NCBI GenBank assembly: GCA_963790025.1
Contig: CAWBMP010000002.1
Coordinates: 576,001 to 640,000 of the forward strand
Direction: 5' to 3'
Source: Nitrospirota bacterium
Lineage (GTDB): Bacteria > Nitrospirota > Thermodesulfovibrionia > Thermodesulfovibrionales > Dissulfurispiraceae
Length of the DNA stretch: 64,000 nucleotides
Positions 58,057 through 64,000 of this stretch are shown here, piece by piece. The position numbers and the translations under genes are program-made. The notes below the pieces were generated by a model. That model ran no database searches, was not told where the DNA came from, and saw nothing but the letters and a program-made list of their open reading frames with translations. Numbering within the stretch: position 1 is the stretch's first letter; every line of letters begins with the position of its first letter.

Positions 58057-58902
58057 TCAGTAATAACCATAACACTTGTATTTAAAATAGTCTTTCAATT
58101 TGTTTTCGAGTTCCTTGCTCATCAACTCATTATCGGTGTCCTGCTCTATATCGAGCACCTTAACTTTGCCGGCAACTGACGGAAAATAATTCGTCAAATA
58201 GGAAAAAAAGCTGCTTGCCCTTTTTTCTCCTAAACAGTTTTCCTTAATGCTCTCATTTATTCTTGTCGATAGCGCGTTTTTAATATACTGCAAATCAAAA
58301 TCCACTCCCAGGAAGCCGGACAACTGCCCAAAAAACTTATCTGTATCACTGAGCATATCTTCGTACCTGAGGATACAAACGTTGTTTTCTCCAAAAAGTT
58401 CCATGTATGTTTCAACAGTCTCACTGAAAAACAGATCGGGAAGATAAGCGGGTTTCCTTTTGTATAAGACAAAAGGAGTTCTAGTCCAATCCAGGTAATC
58501 CTCCAGATCCAGTGTAAAAAGTCCTTCCTGCACATTGTTCTTATAGAATGATTTTAAAATAGCGATCGGATCACGCAGAATAATGAGGATCCTTGCGTCC
58601 CTGCAAATTTCTCTTATCCTGGCCGCCTGGTTGAATGACACCCCCCCGAATCTTGTAAAAGCCTCTGATGATAAAAGATTCATCTTGTCGGGACTGGACA
58701 TTGACTCCACAATATTCCGGATATTATCTTTTTCCTTATTGAATGCATAATCATCCAGATAATGCCACTCGATCAGCCATTTCGGATAATCCTGCTCAGT
58801 TTTACCCAAATAATTTATATTTTTATTCCTGTTAAAAATGAGATTTTGCAACCAGGTTGTGGCTGTTTTACCAAAACCAATGTGGATGTAATATTGTGTC
58901 AT
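58057..58902 (-). CDS. PAPS-dependent sulfotransferase
   Basis: 5'-PSB loop HIGFGKTATTWLQ, SSE, 3'-PB ILRDPxxxLKSFY, LRYEDM. Confidence 0.85.
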   Translation of the reverse strand: MTQYYIHIGFGKTATTWLQNLIFNRNKNINYLGKTEQDYPKWLIEWHYLDDYAFNKEKDNIRNIVESMSSPDKMNLLSSEAFTRFGGVSFNQAARIREICRDARILIILRDPIAILKSFYKNNVQEGLFTLDLEDYLDWTRTPFVLYKRKPAYLPDLFFSETVETYMELFGENNVCILRYEDMLSDTDKFFGQLSGFLGVDFDLQYIKNALSTRINESIKENCLGEKRASSFFSYLTNYFPSVAGKVKVLDIEQDTDNELMSKELENKLKDYFKYKCYGYY

Positions 58903-59507
58903 CTATTCCCTTTTGAAATAAGATTCCTATCGATCAGCAAGCCCAAAACTTTGTCTACACATTCTTCAACCTGCATTTTTTCCGTGTCTAAAACCAAATC
59001 GGGATTTTCAGGCTCTTCATAAGGAGCCGACACCCCGGTGAATTCTTTCAGTTCTCCTTTCCTTGCCATAAGATAATGTCCTTTCAAGTCCCTTAATTCA
59101 CACGCTCCAGCACTGCATTTGCAATAAATCTCTATAAAATCTCCGGGCGGCACTAAGGCACTGATCCTCTGACGATCAGCGCGAAACGGGGAAATAAATG
59201 CTGTAAGGGCAATTACTCCTGCCTCGATAAAAAGCTTGACCATCTCTCCTATTCTTCTGATATTTTCTCCACGGTCTTCTCTTGAAAAACCCAGATCAGA
59301 ACACAAGCCGTGCCGCACATTGTCTCCGTCGAATACAAATGTACGGCATTTCATCTCATGCAGTTTTTCTTCAAGGGTATGAGCAATGGTCGATTTCCCG
59401 GAACTTGGCAGGCCGGTAAACCACAATACAACAGCCTTGTGTCCATTCTGCAACTCCCTCCTCTGCCTCGTGACTGTTGCATTGTGCTGAATCAAATTCT
59501 TGTTCAT
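58899..59507 (-). CDS. cysC: Adenylyl-sulfate kinase
   Basis: WFTGLPSSGKST, DGDNVRHGL, DRGENIRR, FISPF, FTGVSAPYEEP. Start moved to ATG 59507. Confidence 0.95.
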   Translation of the reverse strand: MNKNLIQHNATVTRQRRELQNGHKAVVLWFTGLPSSGKSTIAHTLEEKLHEMKCRTFVFDGDNVRHGLCSDLGFSREDRGENIRRIGEMVKLFIEAGVIALTAFISPFRADRQRISALVPPGDFIEIYCKCSAGACELRDLKGHYLMARKGELKEFTGVSAPYEEPENPDLVLDTEKMQVEECVDKVLGLLIDRNLISKGNR

Positions 59508-59595
59508 ACCAGGCATAAATGTTGAAACCGTAGTTACCGCGGCCAATACATGCTTAAATCGAAAAACCTGTATATTTCGATGGGTCACAAAGCAT

Positions 59596-60603
59596 TCAAG
59601 ACCTCTTAATTTGATTAACCATATCCAGAGTATTATCAGCAATACGCTTAATTCCCATTCCGTCGATCAGTCTCTTGCCCGTTAGTGACTGTCTCTCGCG
59701 GACAGCACTGTCAAAAAAACCATTTACCAACGCACTGAATTTCGCAGTGTCCAGTCTTGTATTAAAGTGGACCACCTTCCCAAACCCTGACTCTTCGAGC
59801 CTGAAAGCAGTCTCTTCTTCAAACAGCTCGCCGCAGACCACTACAGCAGGAGTCCCGCAGCAGGCAAGCTCAAACAGGGTATTGCCGCCAGCGCAGACCG
59901 CCAAATCCGCCCATTGCATCCATTTGCACATAGCTTCCGTGTCCAGAGAGCGAAGAATGTTGAACTTCCCGCTTTTGCTTGACAAGACAGCATTCAATTC
60001 TTTGTCATGCTTAAAGGCAGGCCCTATTATCACTGCTATTTCAATCTCAGACTGGTATCCGGACAGGGAATCCAGTATCTGAGGGGTAAGACCATACGTG
60101 TCGCTGCCTCCAAGTGTAACAAGGATGCGGCCTATGGTTTCTCTTATTGCCTTGGACTCTTCGTGCGCAGCCTGAACAAGCGGATGGAGGGGTATATACC
60201 CAGGGTCACAGTAAGCACATTCGTCGTAATATAAAGGGTTTATCCTCAGGTCTGCAAGTCTTCTTGACGCCTCTCCCGTATCGTCTATTGTGACAAGACA
60301 CCTGCAGTGGCCCCTGATTATAGAAAGCTGTTCAAACGGGGTGTTAAGCTGATTAACTATGACTATATCAAATTGCCCTTTGTCCCAGGCGCTGTGCTCG
60401 GAGCCATGCGCAATGCCCTTCGTGGGAAAACCTGCTTTTTGCACTGCGCTTAGTGCTTCTTGATCATTGTCAACAATAAAACTCGGAGATAGCCCCCTTC
60501 TCCTCATCTCCTCTGCAATAGCTATGGAGCCTGTGACATCCCCCATACCCTGTTTATGGTTGCCTTTTGTCCTGAAGCAGATTGATTCCGGGCTACCTGC
60601 CAT
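59596..60603 (-). CDS. PseG/SpsG-like NDP-sugar hydrolase (GT-B fold)
   Basis: FRTKG...GMGD, TIDD, TLGGSD, ADLAVCAGGNTLFEL, IDGMG. Confidence 0.8.
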   Translation of the reverse strand: MAGSPESICFRTKGNHKQGMGDVTGSIAIAEEMRRRGLSPSFIVDNDQEALSAVQKAGFPTKGIAHGSEHSAWDKGQFDIVIVNQLNTPFEQLSIIRGHCRCLVTIDDTGEASRRLADLRINPLYYDECAYCDPGYIPLHPLVQAAHEESKAIRETIGRILVTLGGSDTYGLTPQILDSLSGYQSEIEIAVIIGPAFKHDKELNAVLSSKSGKFNILRSLDTEAMCKWMQWADLAVCAGGNTLFELACCGTPAVVVCGELFEEETAFRLEESGFGKVVHFNTRLDTAKFSALVNGFFDSAVRERQSLTGKRLIDGMGIKRIADNTLDMVNQIKRS

Positions 60604-61471
60604 CAGTGAATCTCTCTCTAAGAAAACTCTTGAGTATTATCTCACCATCCGTTCTTTCCCATTTCCAATACCCGAACATCGACTCAACTTCTCTTATCTG
60701 TCTCACCATTTCTCCCAGCTCGGACGGTTCCAGCGAAAGCACATGGTCAGTACCCATATACTCTTTCCCCTGCTCGAAATGTTCGATGGGAGTCTTTCTG
60801 TCAAGCGTTATATGTTTTTCTATCACCCTTGCCCCTGCAGCTACAGCAGCAACCGGCGCCAGCAAACCGTCAGTGTGATCAGAATAACCGATCTTAAGAT
60901 GGGGATATAGTGCCATGAGCATCTTCATCATATTCAGGCGTACGTCGAATGTCGACAAGGCCCTAAGCCCCCTCTCCTCCAGCAAAGGGCCTGTTGGATA
61001 TTCAGAAATACAGTGCATAAGACAGAGGTTTCGAACTCCGCAAAGGGCACCCACAGCCTCATTCACTTCATCCAGAGATGCCATACCTGTTGACATAAAG
61101 ACAGTCTCAAAACGGTCTTTGACAAACTGCACAAGCTCCTTGTCGGCCATCGTGCTGCTCGCAATCTTAATTGACTTTAATCCCGCATCCGAAAGCCATT
61201 TTGCTGTTTTTACATTTTCAGGTGTGAAAAGAATATCAATATCTGCTTTTCCGGCATATCTTATCAGGAGGTCTATTTTGTCAGGGTTAAGCGCCACTTT
61301 TCTGAACCAGTCTCTTTCAGGATCATCATCGGAAATATTCTCATGATCAAGAGTCTGGAACTTCACTATGTCACAACCGGCCCCTTTTGCTTCCGATATT
61401 AACCTCTTGGCCGTTTCTAAATCTCCGTTGAAGCATTCACCTATTTCAGCAATAATAATTACTCTATCCAT
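60593..61471 (-). CDS. NeuB/PseI/SpsE-family nonulosonate synthase (short form)
   Basis: IIAEIG, VKFQ, KIAS, STGM, HCISEYPT, GYSDHT, IEKHITLD, DH. Confidence 0.88.
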   Translation of the reverse strand: MDRVIIIAEIGECFNGDLETAKRLISEAKGAGCDIVKFQTLDHENISDDDPERDWFRKVALNPDKIDLLIRYAGKADIDILFTPENVKTAKWLSDAGLKSIKIASSTMADKELVQFVKDRFETVFMSTGMASLDEVNEAVGALCGVRNLCLMHCISEYPTGPLLEERGLRALSTFDVRLNMMKMLMALYPHLKIGYSDHTDGLLAPVAAVAAGARVIEKHITLDRKTPIEHFEQGKEYMGTDHVLSLEPSELGEMVRQIREVESMFGYWKWERTDGEIILKSFLRERFTDGR

Positions 61472-61486
61472 AACTTATTCATCCCT

Positions 61487-62194
61487 CTAATTGAATACTT
61501 CTTCTAATACCGGTACGCCTATGCCGTTAATGATATCAAGGCTCTTACCGCCATAATTAAATAAAAGGTCTATAACCGACATACAAGGGATAAAGGGCTC
61601 ATGGATCTGTTTATAAACCGGATGATGGAATTCCTGCATCATAACTTCAATACCACTGCTTTCGAATTTATTAAGATCAAGATATTCCCTGCCGGATATA
61701 CCCGAAAGGTAAGTCTTCGCGCCGAGGGTTTTGCAGATGGAGAAAATCAGGTCGCTTCCCCTGCCTGTAACTTCTAATTCTGACGCCTTCATAAAGGTTG
61801 GCCGAATGCCCAGAAACCCGGCAAACAGTTGAATGAGCACCTCGTTCAGATCGCACAGCTTTTCCCAGTCTCCGCTTATCACATCGTCTATGCCCTGAAA
61901 ATAGGCGTCGAAGAATTTGGCTTTCTTGTAAGAATAGAAAATGGTGTCTCGCCATTTCCGCTTCCATCGCGCGTCTCGGGATATAGTCACGTCTTGAATC
62001 AGTGTCTCCAGAGTCCGCTTCACCGGCACGGTCAGCCATACCCATCCATCCGTGGTCCTTAACTTGTTCCTGTTCTGGAAATAGTTTTTTGAAAACTGCA
62101 CGTTATCCAGGAATACAAAAGTGTCTGCCTGAGCCATTTTATGGAAAAACCCGAGCCAGGGCATGTGTTCCGGCTGGTGAATCGTTATACGCAC
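61487..62194 (-). CDS. WbqC-family protein
   Basis: IHQPEHMPWLGFF, DNVQF, QNRN, WLTVP, YLSG, SVIDLLFN. Confidence 0.9.
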   Translation of the reverse strand: MRITIHQPEHMPWLGFFHKMAQADTFVFLDNVQFSKNYFQNRNKLRTTDGWVWLTVPVKRTLETLIQDVTISRDARWKRKWRDTIFYSYKKAKFFDAYFQGIDDVISGDWEKLCDLNEVLIQLFAGFLGIRPTFMKASELEVTGRGSDLIFSICKTLGAKTYLSGISGREYLDLNKFESSGIEVMMQEFHHPVYKQIHEPFIPCMSVIDLLFNYGGKSLDIINGIGVPVLEEVFN

Positions 62195-62197
62195 GCC

Positions 62198-63253
62198 TCA
62201 GGCGCCTACTTTGTCCGGTCTGTTTATATACTTGTCCACCACGATCTCCCTGTCGCCAATGTGTTCCACAACTGGCTGGGTCTTCCTGGGCAAATAGCAA
62301 TGCTTACAAGGCCCGAGAGCGGCAACCCCCTTATGTTCACGATGCAGCTTTCGCGCCGCCGCCAGCTTCTCGCCGTGCCATATAGCGTGAAGGTTATCTT
62401 TATTGGCATCACCTGCAGGACAAAGACAGAATTCATCATTTGAACAGAGCAAGGCTATGCCGTCGGAACCAATGACCAGCCTCTGGTAAAGGACCGGGCA
62501 ATCGAAATCCTCTAAATAGACAATTTCATCGTCTGCGTGGAGATAGTCTACAAGTGGGTTGAAGGCAATATCGTCCACATAGGGTTTAAAAGCGTCTATG
62601 TATTCACGAGCATTATCTTTTACCGCAGGCCAGACGCTTTGTACCCTGATAACCGGTTTGACCGAGCCGAGCCGTTTTTTAATGCGGCTGTACTCTTTTA
62701 TCTTTTCGTAAGAGTCAGAGAACTTTGCGGGCTTCCGTATCCATTCGTAGGTATCTCCTAACCCGTCAAAAGAGATTGTGAGCCAGTCCAACCCGGCTTT
62801 CAACGCCTCTTCAAAAAGTTCCGGAGTAAGTGCAAGATTATTGGTAAGGGTTGATACCTCTTTAACGCCTTTCTCTTTGGCATAGCGTATCATGCGGATT
62901 ATGTCCCGGTGAATAAAAACCTCTCCACGCAGGCTGAGACGTATAGAGTACGCGCCATAAACCACGCTCTCGTCAATAATTTTCCTGAACAAATCAAAAT
63001 CCATGAAGCTCTTTTTTATTTTTTGGCGAAACTCGTCAGTGATGGTATAACACATCGGGCATTTCATATTGCACGCCGAGGATATCTCGACATCCACATG
63101 ATCCGGAAAGCGCGATACGTAACGCAATCTCGGGTAGTAATGCCAGCGGAAACGGTTCATCAAAAAGGCAAGAAGGTGTCCCCTGCCGCGGTGGTAGTCG
63201 AAACGGAGTTTCTCTATACGTGAAGGGATGATCTGGTCTTTATTGATCTTCAC
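62198..63253 (-). CDS. Radical SAM enzyme with SPASM/twitch domain
   Basis: CNMKCPMC, LSLRGE, CPVLYQRLVIGSDG...C...CKHC. GTG 63253 overlaps the upstream TGA. Confidence 0.88.
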   Translation of the reverse strand: MKINKDQIIPSRIEKLRFDYHRGRGHLLAFLMNRFRWHYYPRLRYVSRFPDHVDVEISSACNMKCPMCYTITDEFRQKIKKSFMDFDLFRKIIDESVVYGAYSIRLSLRGEVFIHRDIIRMIRYAKEKGVKEVSTLTNNLALTPELFEEALKAGLDWLTISFDGLGDTYEWIRKPAKFSDSYEKIKEYSRIKKRLGSVKPVIRVQSVWPAVKDNAREYIDAFKPYVDDIAFNPLVDYLHADDEIVYLEDFDCPVLYQRLVIGSDGIALLCSNDEFCLCPAGDANKDNLHAIWHGEKLAAARKLHREHKGVAALGPCKHCYLPRKTQPVVEHIGDREIVVDKYINRPDKVGA

Positions 63254-63906
63254 TTTTTTCGCCCGAGGTAATGCACGAGAGGTCTGCCGTTGTGGCTCCA
63301 GTCCCACTCTATGCACATATGGACCGGGCTGGTATATTTGAGCAGGTGTTCCTTCAGTTGCCCGGGCCCGTCGATAACGTCCTGCCCAATCCATGTGGAG
63401 GATTCAGGAAAAGACTGGGATACGTAGAGAAAGCCCCCTTCACCCGCCATGTCCACAGCATTGTTAAGAAAACCGTGAAGATCTTTGCAAACATACCACA
63501 GGACCTCCTTGACGACCACGAGATCAAACCATTCCCTTGCAAGTGGCCTCGAACGAAGGAGATTCCCCTCCGTGAAGCGGATGCCCGGGAAGCTGAGACC
63601 TGCCTGTTCGACGGCCGTTGCTGAAATATCGACACCGGTCACATCAGGCCGGCAGCCGCCAGGTCCGGCAAGTTCGTTCCGCAGGCGTTCCGAGAAGTAG
63701 CCAAGCCCACACCCGATCTCGCATACAGTGCGGTATTCAAATTGCTTCAGGACAGCGATGTCTATTTCCGAAAAGACGTAATAGGCGGTTTTGTCCTGGT
63801 GCCAGGGGATTTCGGAAGAATTCCTGTACATGTCGTCGAACCTGCAGACGCGTCTGCCGTCCTTGAACACATAATCGTGATAGTCACTTGAGTGATTCAT
63901 GTCCAT
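63250..63906 (-). CDS. Class I SAM-dependent methyltransferase
   Basis: EIGCGLG, GVDIS, FDLVV, EVLWY. Confidence 0.85.
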   Translation of the reverse strand: MDMNHSSDYHDYVFKDGRRVCRFDDMYRNSSEIPWHQDKTAYYVFSEIDIAVLKQFEYRTVCEIGCGLGYFSERLRNELAGPGGCRPDVTGVDISATAVEQAGLSFPGIRFTEGNLLRSRPLAREWFDLVVVKEVLWYVCKDLHGFLNNAVDMAGEGGFLYVSQSFPESSTWIGQDVIDGPGQLKEHLLKYTSPVHMCIEWDWSHNGRPLVHYLGRKK

Positions 63907-64000
63907 GGTCCCTTCTCCAACAGTATCTTTTCAGCAAGCCAGAAGTCGAACTCGTCATCTATCTCCACGTTCTCCCATCGGCTGATTATTTTCCTGCAAA
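63897..64000 (-). CDS. NeuA-type cytidylyltransferase, C-terminus only (enters from outside window)
   Basis: Not in ORF track; my translation ...CRKIISRWENVEIDDEFDFWLAEKILLEKGPWT* matches the terminal (D/E)IDxxxDFxxAE motif of CMP-nonulosonate synthetases. Confidence 0.7.
   Translation of the reverse strand, partial: CRKIISRWENVEIDDEFDFWLAEKILLEKGPWT

Noticed and set aside
59558..59581. ATCGAAA-N10-TTTCGAT inverted repeat upstream of cysC
   Set aside because: A single 7-bp AT-rich dyad, too weak to call an operator or terminator.
32742..63253. SPASM radical SAM enzymes as RiPP maturases
   Set aside because: No precursor peptides, RRE domains or peptidase transporters nearby; the neighbours are sugar enzymes.

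Overview
The whole window is one piece of a very large bacterial surface-glycan (O-antigen/capsule/glycoprotein-type) biosynthesis and tailoring locus. I count 66 tightly packed, often stop/start-overlapping CDS, all on the minus strand. Two are cut by the window edges: a Wzx flippase N-terminus at the left and a NeuA-type cytidylyltransferase C-terminus at the right. In transcription order (right to left) the modules are: (1) a nonulosonate-type module (NeuA, methyltransferase, twitch radical SAM, WbqC, short NeuB, PseG-like) plus a sulfation pair (CysC, sulfotransferase) and a PglK-like ABC flippase; (2) a heptose-like/branched-sugar module (deoxyhypusine-synthase-like protein, HldE-like domains, SIS isomerase, radical SAM, SDR, HAD, APH-type kinase, split transketolase, C-methyltransferases, DegT, FemAB-like); (3) a second NeuA-like module with twitch radical SAM, PLP aminotransferase, methyltransferase and B12 radical SAM; (4) CDP-sugar genes and an FkbH-ACP-MaoC acyl cassette; (5) a CDP-3-C-methyl-6-deoxyhexose cassette; (6) a membrane module with three recent paralogs of a ~455-aa GT-C-like protein, a GT2-methyltransferase fusion and a second B12 radical SAM. 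Non-coding structure: a CACAGAG-based REP-like inverted-repeat family in three intergenic gaps, and perfect hairpins that appear inserted in frame in fkbH and rfbC. I saw no rRNA, tRNA, CRISPR array, transposase or integrase. All family calls come from reading motifs by eye, not from database searches. Several starts were moved downstream of the ORF-track start where overlap or RBS evidence supports it.
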